Positions 1-16,050 of a DNA stretch of 64,000 nt are shown here, in pieces. Origin of the DNA: Guillardia theta CCMP2712 (Eukaryota; Protista; Cryptophyta). The position numbers and the translations under genes were made by a program. The stretch is taken from positions 389,751-453,750 of the forward strand of contig NW_005434610.1 in the NCBI RefSeq assembly GCF_000315625.1. The letters are read 5' to 3'. Numbering within the stretch: position 1 is the first letter of the stretch; each line of letters starts with the position of its first letter. The notes below the pieces were generated by a model. It was given only the letters and a program-made list of their open reading frames with translations. It was not told the origin of the DNA and made no database searches.

Positions 1-158
1 ATGACGACTTGCAGTAGGGTGCGCGCACCTGTACTCTCTTCCCTGCAAGCGTCGCTTGTCTCCAGATGTCTTCTCCAGCTACGGATGAACCGACAAATGA
101 GATGGAGGAGATGTCTGCCTAGTTCGTTATTTCCGGAGATGCTCACCGCTTCTTCCCT

Positions 159-221
<63 letters not shown>

Positions 222-2052
222 CTCACCTTCGTGTTTGCAGAGGAACTGTGCTGTGTCCTTGGAGCCGTGAATGATGTTTACAACCCCTGGCGGACAGCCT
301 GAAGGACCACCATCACAAGGAAGGAGAACTGGAGGAAGGGAAGAGGTTTGAGGGGGGGGGGGAGAGCGGGAAGAGAAGGGCGGGCAAGGAGGAGCAAGAG
401 AAGAGGAAGGGAGAACAGCAAAAGAAGAGAGGACGTCGGATGGAGGATGGAGGGCAGGATGGAAAGTAAAGGGAATGAGAGGAGGAGAGGAGAAGGAGAT
501 AACAAGGTATCGCACCTGCTTGCTCGATGAGTTCGACTAGCCGATGAGCCGTCCCTGGCACCATCTCGGACGGTTTGAGGATGAAGGAATTCCCGCAGAC
601 TGCTGCCATGGGGAACATCCAGAGCCTGAGCAGGACGCGATAGAGGTGAGAAGCGAGGAAGAGCGAGGGGGAGCGAGGGGGAGGTTGAGATTTGTTTAGA
701 GGAGTAAGAGGATGCGGAGGAGGAGGTGGAATGGGGGGGAGGTACAAAGTCAGCCGGGGGGCAGGGCGGGAGAAGGAGAAGTTTCATGCTCACGGGGATC
801 ATTGCTGGGAAGTTGAATGGGGTTGATGCCTGCCCGTACCCCCGAGAGGGACTCGGGAAGGAGAAGATGTCCATGCCCCCTACCTTCCTTGTTCAGGAGG
901 AGTCGGAGCACGGGCCCAAGGAGGTGAAANNNNNNNNNNNNNNNNNNNNNNNNNNNNNNNNNNNNNNNNNNNNNNNNNNNNNNNNNNNNNNNNNNNNNNN
1001 NNNNNNNNNNNNNNNNNNNNNNNNNNNNNGAGGGGATAGAAGGGAGGGGATAGAAGGGAGGGGAGAGAAGGGAGGGGAGAGAAGGGAGGGGAGAGAAGAG
1101 AGGGAGAGAAGGAGGGGAGAGGAAAAAATACGATTCAAGGCGAGGATAGGAGCGAGGAGGGGGAGGGAGAGAGGAGGAAACGGCAAAAAAGACTGTTTAC
1201 AGCTTGCCATGGGAACTTGCTCACCTCAAGACCGCGGAAGATGTCTCCCTTTGCATCTGCGAGGGTCTTTCCTTGCTCGCGCGTGATGATGTTGGCCAGC
1301 TCATCGGTGTGCTCCCTGATGAGGTTCTTTGAAGACCGTCAAGCCTTGGCTCCTCCTCCTTTCCGCCTCCCATCCCCATCCTCCTTCTCCCTTCCATCGT
1401 CTTCCATGTTGTCGTCTTCCTCCAACTCCTCTTCCCAATCCTCCTTCACCACCACCTCCACACACGTCTCCTCCTCCTCCTCCTCCTCCTCTACACACGT
1501 CTCCTCCTCCTCCTTGCCTTCCACCCTCTCTCTTTCCTCCCTTCCTCCTCCTTTCTCCACCTGGAAGCGAAACATGACTCTCTGCCTCTCAGAAACTGAG
1601 ACCTGATCACAAATTATCACAATCACTTCACAACTTTCCTACGAGGTACACAACCTTGGACCATGAAGCTGCAGCTGCGGTTGCTGCCTCCACGCACATC
1701 TTCATCTCATCCTCCGTTGCTTGGGGGACCCGGGAGATCAGCTGGAGGGAGGGAGGGAGGGAGTTTTGTGAGCTGACTGGTCAAGGAGCAAGCAAGGAAA
1801 GCACCTCCTGTGTGGCTGGGTCCTTCACATCGAAGAAGGTGGTGGACTTGGAAGGGACCGCTTTACCGTTGATATGGTGCGCGAGAACAGAGACTGGATA
1901 CAAGGCAGACTTGAGCTATACGGCATAACATTTCCTTGTGCAGATAATGACCTGAGCGATGGAAGAAAGAAAGCTTTCTCCTTGAAGCGAGAAAGATCAT
2001 GTGGCGATTCATGGCATAAATCTCTACCACGTGTCAGGATGCTCGACAACAT
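1..2052 (-). CDS. ALDH6A1: Methylmalonate-semialdehyde dehydrogenase (ALDH6 family), multi-exon; 3' end runs off the window
   Basis: Minus-strand exons translate to [117 protein letters not shown] and [11 protein letters not shown], which are MMSDH signatures. The first exon boundaries are uncertain. Confidence 0.9.
160..225. repeat. (TCCTCG)n hexanucleotide microsatellite, intronic
   Basis: Directly visible tandem TCCTCG units. Confidence 0.95.
930..1029. other. Assembly gap (N)
   Basis: Run of N. Confidence 1.
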
Positions 2053-2899
2053 TCTTATCGGTATAAACTTTGTTTGACTGTGTTGAAAACTTTGTTTGAG
2101 TTGCACTCACTAGCTCTCAGGCTCTCAGGCTAGCTTGAAGGATGTTGCATGGCACCATCCTTCCTTCCCTTTGTCAATCATGGTTCAACCCTCGCCCCTC
2201 CTCCTCTCCATCTTCCTCTCCTTCCGCTCTCTCCCTCCCTCTCCTCCTTGCTTGCTGCTCTCCTTGCTTTGTTTCCTTTTTGTTGCGGTTCTTGCGCCCT
2301 ACCCTGACTACCCCACCCCCAATTTTTTTCATTTTCCAAATCACACCCTCATATTTGCAGATTTGCTACTTAGTACCCGTATTATTTACAAGTGTATTAC
2401 CCCTCTAATCCCTCAACTTTACCACCCTACCATGATTTTGCTCCCGAAGTCGTGTTTACACCCTACCTGCAACGGCCCCCAGATAGCACCCGACCCCCTT
2501 TCCTGTTTATTTTGTGTCAGATCCTAGGGGGTGGTGAGTAGAAACGACAAGGGAGAGGAGAGACGAGGGAAGGGGGACGGGAGGGGAGGAGGAAGGGAGG
2601 GGAGGGGAGGAGGGAGGAGGGAGGAGGTAGGGGAGGGGAGGAGGAAGGGAGGGGGGGAAGAAGCGAGAGAGGGAGGGAGGGAGGGAGGGAGGGAGGGAGG
2701 GAGGGAGGGGAGGGAGGGGACGACAGAATAAGAAGAAGTGAGATTACATTCGGCGAGATCTACGTTGGTAGGATGAAAAATGAGAAGATCGCTCTGATAG
2801 AAACAATGATCATCGCCCGTGGACGCAGTGGGCTGAAAGTAATGAAATGCTCATCAGAGCCGTGTGGAGATTCCACAGCATCTTGAAATCTTTATATGC

Positions 2900-6630
<3,731 letters not shown>

Positions 6631-7451
6631 TAAGAATCCAGTCAACGTCTTTTTCAAGTCAGTTTTAGGTAGAATAGACACTGTCGAGGCTTTCTCGGTC
6701 TCTCTATCACCTCCTTGTCCTCTACTTCTCTCTCCCCTGAGCTTTTCACAGCTTGCCAAGTTTTACGTTTTCCCTCCGGGCCTCACCTACCTTCCTTGTC
6801 CTCGATCTTCCCTCCTCTCCCCTTCTCTCCTCTCCTCTCCTCCCACTCTCATCCTCTCTTCCCGCTCTCCTCCCTCCTGTTGTCTCCTTAATCCGCCATG
6901 GACGGGTGCCATTGAAAACTTTTGACCCGATCGTTTTTGCAACGGAATTCAACGGAGGAGAAATAGAAGTAACGATCAATGTAACGGTCTGGGAAGGCGG
7001 GAAACATGGAGTGGGACGATGGTGGAGGTACGTCAGGAGGTGCGAGGGAGAGATGGAGGAGGAGGAGGAGGGGACGGGAGAGAGGAGGGAAAACAGAGGA
7101 GAAGAGCAGGGGAGGGGAGGGGGGAGAGGAGGAGGGTGGAGGAGGGAGGAGTGAAGGGAAGAGTAGGTGCAGATCGAAAGTGAGTGCAAGGTTTGGGCAA
7201 AGGGGTGAAGAGATGGAGAGAGGAGAGGAGGAGAAGAGGTATGTCCTTCCTATGGGGGATTGTTCGGAGAGAGTGGTTGAGGAGAGCTGCCGATGCGACA
7301 GGTCAGGAAGAGGAGGCAGAGGACGTGGATTGAGTGAAAAGGAGGAAGACAACATCGGAAGGAATGAGAGAGATATAGCATCATGGAAGGAGGAAAGAAA
7401 GGCTAGAACCGACGTGGTGAAATGAAGGAGCAGGGACGAGGTAGTAGATGA

Positions 7452-10400
7452 TATGCTGTCAGTAGAGGAGGGGTTGGAAGATTTAGAAGAGGAGCAACGA
7501 ATAAATGCGCTGAAAAAGCTTCCATGTTATGTGATCCATGACATCCTCATTCATGTTCGCAGGCATACCACGGAGCTCAGTGATTGATGACGATCAGATT
7601 GTAGTTCCGGCAGACGAATTCGATGATGATGACGATGATGATGCAGTGGGTCTGATCGAAGAACAAGATGAAAAAGTACCTTCATGTGTTTTCGCACACC
7701 CAAGATTTGACTTCCTCCCAGGATGACTTGGACCACGAAGCGAATGAAGAGGAAGAGGTTTTGTGACATTGTGTTACAAATTTATGCCTGCCTTATTCCT
7801 GTTTTCAGGATGAGAATGACCAAGGAGACATCGAGGAGGAGGAAGAAATTCTTGGAAAAGTGAGATTCAATCTTGATCCCTCCTGTGCTGAAGCTCCCAA
7901 GCAGGCGGGATCGAGTGAGTTTGTTGAGGGCGAAGAAGCGGATGCAGGGGAAGAGGAGGAGGAGGAGGAGGAGGACGCAGATAAAGCCGAGGACGCAGAG
8001 GAGGATGAAGATGAAGAAGAAGACGAGGGGCAGAATGATAACCAGCTTATCTCGGAAAGCGTTTATGATGGGTCTGTTCAACCCACCCCCAGTGCAGATG
8101 GAAGAGGCCATGGAGCCCTCGATGCCTTGTTGGCGGCCGCAGCTTCCAATGAAGGTGCATCAGGAGAACAAACATCTGCGAAGACGGACAAGCCGGCGAA
8201 AAAAAAGGACGACAAAGTGTGGATCCCCGCAAAGAGACATGTTCCACTTGAAGAGCATCAGCATTGGCAACAAGACACGATCAAATGGGTGGAGAAACAC
8301 ATGAAAGACCACAAGGTCACGCATGCGCAGGTACGTGTCTCTTTGCGTGTATCAAACCTCGGTTCTGTGTAAGATGCAATTCAGCTCTCACGTCGCTCCG
8401 GTGTACCCCCGGACCGACTTGTGGAGTACTTAGAACAGCGATCAACAGTCGATCCGCGAGTAACCAACCAAATTCGTCGATACATTCGAAAGTAGGCATC
8501 ATCTCATTCACTCTGACACCTGAACAACCCTGAATGTCTTTTGCTAGTTTTCTTGATCGTGAAAAGAAGGACAAAGAAAAGCGTCAGAAGGAATTGCTCG
8601 AGGGGAATGCAGAAAAGAAGCCATCTCACAAGGTACAATGGGACACATGAAGGCTTGCAAACTGAAGTTCCTGTCAGATTCAATACCACAAGAGGGCTGA
8701 GACCAGAGATTCCAAATCCAAGGAGTTGGATCCTCAGAATTTGATCAAGATCGATGATTCACCCATGTGATCATACAATTTTTAGTTCCACAACTCATGC
8801 TGAAGTCTTTCCTAGATCTGTAGACGCTTTGCCTGAATGGTCCGTGCCGATTGAAATAAGTATCAATCACGAGGGACACAATGTGATGCTTTATTTGTTT
8901 TATCTTCGCAATTTGTTTTAATGGTTTGGATCTCTGATTTTGGACTTGACAGGTTCAGGAACGTATTTTATGGAACCTGAAAGATGATTATGTGGAGCCG
9001 GAGGACTTTGCTGCAGCTTTTTGCAAAGCTTATCATCTCCCGGCTACTTCCGAGAACGAAATATCAGAAAGCATCAGAAACCAGGTCTCTAAGTATCCTC
9101 GATGGGCTCCCATGAAGCGAGGAGCCCGGAATTCACAGCCAGAAACCATCGTCGATCTGGAGATTAATGTAGAGGTTGGAATCATTTTGTTTACGCATAG
9201 TTTATCATAATCTTGAGTGACAGGTGGAGGGCCTCAAGTTCCATGACAGGCTCCGTTGGGATCTGCTGGATAGAAAGAGTAATCCTCGGACGATTGCTGC
9301 GCAAATATGCACCGACTTAAAACTCCCGGCGTTTGCTGTAAATCCATGGAGCCAGCCAGCATGCGCTTGAGCTGATGCAGTTGCAGGTTTCTGCGATTGA
9401 TACTGAGATCAGAAATCAAATCAAGAAGAAAAGTCAAGATCTCTGGCAGGATCCAGCATCTTCAGACAAGTACTCGCTGCCGTGAGAGGAGGAGCAAGAG
9501 AAATGACTCTGTTGTAGCATATTAACAGGCAGCTCGACCCATGACCTTGAAGCGCTGAATGAATGGACACCCAAGATAAATGACCAACTCAGTATCTTGC
9601 TGCCCTCACGTCTTCCTCCGAAATCTGTGAGGGGTCGATTTGCATCTCAAGCTCTGGTAGCTGACGAGTGGATAGACGTACAAGGAAGAAACGGACAAGA
9701 GCATGATGGTCGACGAGACTCAGGAGGACTTGGAGTACTTTCGTCAACAAGAGCAAAAGGTAGTGCTTCATCAGCTTTCCTCCCGACGTGAGTTGTTATG
9801 CCAGCTGAGAATGCACAACGACATGCTCAAGTCAGCCGTTGCAAGTCCCCTCACGTCGCAGTTCCCTGCGCTGAATCAACCGCTCTTCAATCAGAATTCT
9901 TCGACACCCAGCGGAAAGGGAAAGTCAAAAGGCTCTTCAGGACGCAAAGGCTCCAAGGCATCAGCACTGGCCCAGGGCAACAACATCGCAAGTTTCAACC
10001 AAACAGACAACCGGATGCCTCCGAGCACGAATGGAACGTACCAGCAGATGCTTGGCAGGGGAGAACTGGACGTGTCCTTTGGCTCACTTGGAGCAGGGAT
10101 GCATGGCATGGCAGGGAGTATGAATCAAAACCATCCCACAAATATTCAAGGGGGCAGGTGCTTGAGAGCCTGTTGCTTGTTCAAACTCACTTGTCACCAG
10201 CAGCGGGGGTCACAGGTTTGTAGTAGATAACGATCTGAATGGCCGGCAAGCCGGAGTCACCCAGCTATCCTTCGATGTCCAGGGGAATCTGACGCAGAAG
10301 AAGCCCAACAAGAAGCAGAAGGTAGTCGGACTTGACTGAACTTGACCTGCTGCCTTCATGCTGATCTTCTGTCAATAGAATCGTCAGTCCGCCCCCTCCT

Positions 10401-10606
10401 CGTATGGAAGGAGTGAGATGGGTGCTCCAGGCCGTCCATTGCCTCCTCCCTCGTCCTCTCCCTATCGGAACAGCTCTCTACAGAATCCAGCAGCGAATTT
10501 CGGGGGCGGCCGGGGGCAACTTACCGTCGAGACCATCCAGATGATGTCAGAGGCATTGATGGCAGATGAGAATCAGTACGACGCTGCCTATGGCAACCAG
10601 TGGTGA
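7452..10606 (+). CDS. SNF5/SMARCB1(INI1)-domain protein (SWI/SNF-type chromatin remodelling subunit) with acidic N-terminus
   Basis: Spliced exons give VPIEISINHEGHN|VQERILWNLKDDYVEPEDFAAAFCKAYHLP...EISESIRNQV and IVDLEINVE|VEGLKFHDRLRWDLLDRKSNPRTIAAQICTDLKLP, the two SNF5 repeats. The start at 7452 is tentative. Confidence 0.8.
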
Positions 10607-10714
10607 GTCTTGCTGAACTGATGTACATAGTCTTGTAGATACTCGAACAACTAAAGAGCAAAAGGAGTAAAGCCATAATGACAGCGCGGGGAGCGAGTAG
10701 TTGTGAGGACATTT

Positions 10715-11471
10715 TTATTGCGATGCAGGCAAAAACTTGGAGGATGGAATGGCGGAGAACTTGGCGATCAGCTCCTGCTGCAGCACCACGTTCTTCTGAC
10801 CTACCGTCCCATCCCAGGTGATGGGGTTGCCCTGTGTGCGGCAGTGAGCAGCGGGCAGCGTCACATGCTCTGCTCCAACCTCGTATGTCAGGCGCTTGAG
10901 GATGGGAAATGAAGTTAAGAGGAAGGGAGGGATGCGACTGATCTGTGGATGGGCCCGATCTCAGTGACTGCAGACCTTGTCCTGCCCTGTGCTCGCGGAC
11001 CTGATTGTTGGCGACCATGAGATTTTGTAAGTTGCTGCAGTTCTCGAGCCCAGAAGGGAACCTGAGGGAAGTCAGCGAGAGGAGAGAATTGATGGGAGCA
11101 GGAATGAAAAAGCAGCAGCAAGGGGGAGAGCGAGGGAGAGATGGTAAGGAAGAAAGGGGCAGGACGCGACGAAGCAGAGGAGGTGAGGAGGAAGAAGTGT
11201 CGAGTGGAAAGGAAGGAGAAAACTCAGTCGGGACAGAGGAGGGTGACGGAGAGGAGGGAGGAGGGATTCACTCTTCGAGGATATTGGAGGAAAGGTCGAT
11301 TGTCTTGAGCTTGATTGTAAACACTTCGGGAGGAACGTGATCGATCTGTCAAATGTCAAGAAGGTTGACGACGAGTGAGGAAGAGTAGACTTTGTTGGAG
11401 GCAAGCATGAGCTTCCATAGCATCTGCAAGTTCCCTACAGACGCCGGGACCTGTACATCCTTCAGTTGAGG

Positions 11472-11549
<78 letters not shown>

Positions 11550-13379
11550 TCCTGTTCCTGTTCCTGCTCCTGCTTCGCCTGCCCCTTGCCCTGCTCTCCT
11601 CCTCCTCTTGCAGCCTTTTCATGGCCTAACTCACCGTCTTGAGAAGGTTCTGATTCACTTCCAACACCTCCAGCGACTCCAGCTTATCTGCAACGAGATG
11701 CTCAGAGCAGCGAAGGAGCCTCAATCGTCCTGCTTGCCGATGTCATCCGGTATACTTGACAGCCAGTTCTTCGTGAGCTGACAGCGGGAGGTCAGCACGA
11801 AATGCAAAAACCTCTCCATCCCCAGCTCACTATCAGCTCGTCAAGGTCTTTGAAGTTTCCAAATTCGGGTAGCACGTCCAAAGCATTCCTGCCGGGGGGC
11901 GGTTTAGCCGAGTTAGCTCCTCCTTCCTCTCCCTCTCCCTCTCCGTCTTTCCTCCCCCTCTCCCTCCCCTCTTCCCTCTCGTTCGTCCTTCCCACCTGTA
12001 GAGCTCGAGCTTCTGTACTTTGGTGATCCCGGTGAGGGCAGGAAGGACTACCTGTATGCTAGTGAGGACAGTCGGACGATGCAACGCGAGTTTACAATCT
12101 TGTTGTTGAACAGAGCGAGTCTTGTGAGATTGGTCAAGCTACAGGCATTCTTTGTCATGACTTGCGAGGAGGGAGGTGGGGGATCAAGGAGGACGGGAGG
12201 AGAGTAGTGAGGCAACATGAAAGGAGTGAGGAACAAAGGGGAGGGAGGGAGGGAGGGAGGGAGGGAGGGAGGGAGGGAGGGAGGGAGGGAGGGAGAGAGG
12301 GAGAGGAAAACAAGTCAAGATGTCCACCCGTCGAGAGGAGGGATGGTCTTCAGCTTGTTGTCGGCGAAGTTGACTTCCTGCCGAATTTTGTTGAGTTGAA
12401 GTCGAGGGGCAAAGGGAGTGAAACCCTTAGGGACGAGAGCTCCCCAAGGACAGCAGGGATCTTGATGACCTTGTTGTTGAACACCTGATAACAAGTTTGA
12501 CAAGCTGTTGAGGGAGCGAAGGAGGTTGGAACAAGGTCCTCACTCACGTTCAGTTCCTGAAGCTTCTTTAGACTCGCGATTTCATCCGGGAGCACCGCCA
12601 GGTCGTTCTTGTACAGGTGGAGTCTGACGAGGCTGCATGACGGAAAGTCAGCCCGCGGGCCCCGGCCCCCTCGGGACTCTCACTTGGTCATGTGCTGGAT
12701 GGTAGGAGGCAGGCTCTTGAGCTTGTTATCGCTAAGATCAAGCTTCTCCAAGTTGGTCAAGAAGCCAATCTCTGCTCTCATCGTCAGATCGCGGAGTTGC
12801 CAGCAGACCTCAGCAGCGACCAGGCGGCAGCTCGATGAACAGCTGCGGGGCAGAGGAACAGGTCAGCAGCGAGCAGGCGCGCATGAGCCCTCCTGCTCAC
12901 GTTCTCGCTGCAGTTCAACTCCGTGAGGAAGTCGAGCTTCTGGATGTTCTTGGGAAAGATCTTCGGGGCAACCAGATGCAGTCAGTCCCTGCAGCAGGAA
13001 GAACATGATCCTGCCTCCAGTCTGTTGATAGAGATGTTGAGGAACTTGTGCAGATGAATCTTCTTCGACTTTGTCTGTTTTCGATAGAGAACATCTCAGT
13101 TTTCGGCAGCGACGTTCATGACACCTGGGCATACCAACTCCTGGACTTTCGCTTCTTTGAACCCTGTTGGTATTCCATGACGGTCAGCGAACGGGAGCAG
13201 TAAGTAGACATCTCTCTTGTACCTGAGGCCTGCAGCTCCGCCATCAGGTCGCCGCCCTTGTCCACCAGCGTACCTGCAGGAGACGTAAGACGGACAGCAG
13301 CTGTAGCCCAACAGCATGTCGGAGCTGCAAGAGGCGGCAATGAACCCTCACCTCTGCATATGTTGCTGAGGGCCTGCAT
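10715..13379 (-). CDS. Leucine-rich repeat protein, multi-exon
   Basis: Exons such as LTNLEKLDLSDNKLKSLPPTIQHMTK, LVRLHLYKNDLAVLPDEIASLKKLQELN, LTNLTRLALFNNKI, VPASVGNLQMLWKLMLASNK and FPSGLENCSNLQNLMVANNQ match LxxLxLxxNxL. Confidence 0.88.
11473..11573. repeat. (CTCCTG)n microsatellite in an LRR-gene intron
   Basis: Directly visible. Confidence 0.9.
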
Positions 13380-14245
13380 TGCCCGCGATGTAACACGTTA
13401 CTCCCCCTCCTCCTGCTGATGAAATGTGAACACCAAACACTCACTCAGTGCATGCTACGTTCTGTTCGGATCATCTAGTGTCTTCCATCTCTTCTCACAC
13501 CTGCTGCTATTCCTCCATTGTGCCCCTTGCAATTTGTCCTGCCGATCCTTTGACCTATGCATTCTCCTGCTCCTTCCTCCTCTACATCTCTACTTCTCCA
13601 CCTGTCCTTCTCCCGTGTCCTTTCCCCGCCTTTCCTCCTCCTCCTCCTCCTCCCTCTCAACCTTCCTGCCTCCTGCCTTCCCCTCCTGCCTTCCCCTCCT
13701 GCCGCCCGCCTTCGTCTGGCATGTCAAACATCGCCGGGTCAACCGCCTCCCAGACTCCGTACCCCCACCCCCTAATATTCAATCAACCACCCCATAGTTT
13801 AAGGCTACCCCCAGCTCCTGCGGAAGTTAGTAGCGGCATATCCTCTCCTCCCTCTCCTCCCTCTCCCACTAGCCTTCTACCTCCCTTGCTCCTGCTACCA
13901 CACCATCCTCCTACTTCCCTTGCTCCTGCTCCCTCCTCGTATTCATGTCCCACTCTCCTCCTCCCTTCCACTCCGGCTTCTGAGGATGCTGTCAAGCTCA
14001 ACACTCGCAGATTGACAAAGACGGTTTTCAGACCTCCCACTCTTCTGACAGATTTTATTCCAAATTCAACAACTCTCTGCGCAACCAAGTTGTCACGCTC
14101 ACGCACAACGGGCAGCTGGAATGACAGCAACAAACAAAGACAGCGATACTCCTCTTAAACATACATCCAGCTTTCGTTTACCTGCACAACACAATGAGAG
14201 GTTGACGAGTCTCAGGCGTATCAATCTCTACCGGACTCGCGCGCC

Positions 14246-15655
14246 TCAAGCTTCACCTTTGCACTCCTTGCAGAACCTCCTGATTCTGCTATGATCGCAG
14301 ATCGCCGACCCCTTGCACTCCTTGCAGAACTGTCGCTCTCGGTTGTGCTCGCAGATTCCTGGGCCCTTGCAGTCCTTGCATCTGCTCCGTCTCTGGTTGT
14401 GCTCGCAGATCCCGGAGCCCTTGCAGTCCTTGCAGAACCTCTTGACGCGATTGTGCTCACAGATGCACTTCCCCTTGCAGTCCTTGCAGTGACTCTTCTG
14501 CCGGTTGTGGACACAGATATCTGACCCACCGCACTCCTTACATCGCCGACGCTCACGGTTGTGCTCACAGATCCCAGACCCTCTGCAGTCCTTACACTGG
14601 CTCTTCTGCCGGTTGTGCTCGCAGATCGCTGATCCCTTGCACTCCTTGCACCGGCTCCTCTCACGATTGTGTTCACAAATCCCCGACCCCCCGCATTCCT
14701 TGCAGATTCGCTTCACCCTGTTATGCTCACAGATACCCGAGCCTTTGCACTCCTTGCAGAAACGCTGCTCCCTGCCGTGCTCGCATATCCCAGAGCCTTT
14801 GCAGTCTTTGCATCGCCTCCGCTCCCGGTCGTGCATGCAGATGCTGGAGCCCTTGCAGTCCTTGCACCTGCTCCTCCTCCTCTCATGCTCGCAGATCCCT
14901 GCTCCTTTACAATCCTTGCACAGGCTTCGATGCCTGTTATGTTCACAGATGCCAGAGCCCTTGCATTCCTTACAGAACCGACGCTCGCGGTTGTGTTCAC
15001 ATACACCCGTCCCTCCACAGTCTCGGCAGAGTCTCTTCTGTCTGTTATGTTCACACACCTTTGGCCCACCGCATTCCTTGCACTGGCTGAACTTCCGATC
15101 GTGCTCGCACATCCGGGGTCGTTTGCCCCTCATCTTTTGAAGGTTTGCAGCCGTCTCCTCCAGGTCCTGCTGAGCCGTATCTTTGATCACCCCAGCTTCC
15201 TCCTGCCTGACTGGCTTTTGCTGGCCTTCTTCGTTCAACTCCTTCTGCTCCATTGCCTTGTCTCCCTGTCCCTCGCCTGCTTCCCCTGCCTTCGTCTCCT
15301 CAGCCGGAGTGTCTCGGTTGTCAACAGCAGATGGTTGCTGCCTCCCCGGATCTTGCTCAGACTGCCTCTCTGCCTGCTTCTCTTGCGCAAGCACATTGAT
15401 AGCCTCCTGCCCTTTCTCAGCAGCTTGCTGTTGACCCAGGAGGTGTTGACTTTGTTCAGACTGCTTCTCCTTCTGCTGCTGCTGGTTCCCCTCCAGCTGC
15501 GGTTGTTCCCCCCCGCCACCTTCTTGTCGGGCTGCATCCTCGGAGTCAATCTTCCTCCCCTCTACATCCATCTTCTCTGCATCTTTCGGTTGCTGTGCGG
15601 CGGAGGCGCCGCCAGCCGTCGGCATGTTCTCGTCCGGTCTCCCTGCCGCGCTCAT
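14246..15655 (-). CDS. Intronless protein with an acidic/Gln-rich N-terminus and 16 tandem 18-aa Cys/His repeats (CxH-x6-CxxC-x5, putative zinc-binding)
   Basis: ORF 14246..15895; repeats like CEHNRERRFCKECKGSGI were counted 16 times. The ATG at 15655 (MSAAGRP) is preferred because the upstream in-frame part crosses promoter-like motif DNA. Confidence 0.85.
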   Translation of the reverse strand: MSAAGRPDENMPTAGGASAAQQPKDAEKMDVEGRKIDSEDAARQEGGGGEQPQLEGNQQQQKEKQSEQSQHLLGQQQAAEKGQEAINVLAQEKQAERQSEQDPGRQQPSAVDNRDTPAEETKAGEAGEGQGDKAMEQKELNEEGQQKPVRQEEAGVIKDTAQQDLEETAANLQKMRGKRPRMCEHDRKFSQCKECGGPKVCEHNRQKRLCRDCGGTGVCEHNRERRFCKECKGSGICEHNRHRSLCKDCKGAGICEHERRRSRCKDCKGSSICMHDRERRRCKDCKGSGICEHGREQRFCKECKGSGICEHNRVKRICKECGGSGICEHNRERSRCKECKGSAICEHNRQKSQCKDCRGSGICEHNRERRRCKECGGSDICVHNRQKSHCKDCKGKCICEHNRVKRFCKDCKGSGICEHNQRRSRCKDCKGPGICEHNRERQFCKECKGSAICDHSRIRRFCKECKGEA

Positions 15656-16050
15656 GCCGCGATAACGGGAGTTGTTGATGGAGGTCGGGGGTACTTCATT
15701 ACCCCCTACTATCCCCCGAATGGTGCGATATTGAGTGGGTGGGGGTGATTTTACTATCATGGGTGGACATTTGAGTGGCTGGGTGCTTTTGTAACGGCAG
15801 GTAACGACTGAGTGAATGTCACCGGGGCCCCGGGCCCCGGCAGTTGAGTAAACTTTAAAAGGTGATTCGGCAAGTTTGACAAGCCTGTGCGCCATGGGCG
15901 GCGAAGGGAATGGTGGGAGGGAGGGGGAAGGGAGGCGGCGACCGAGTAGGAAGACTCACAAGAACTTGAGCTTAGGAACTCGATAAGTTGCCCGGGAGGC
16001 CGCGCACTGAACAGACCTTAGTAAGGTTGATAGTGTACGGTACATACAGG

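Noticed and set aside
14505-15748. Plus-strand repetitive ORFs (211 and 359 aa)
   Set aside because: Antisense shadows of the Cys/His repeat gene
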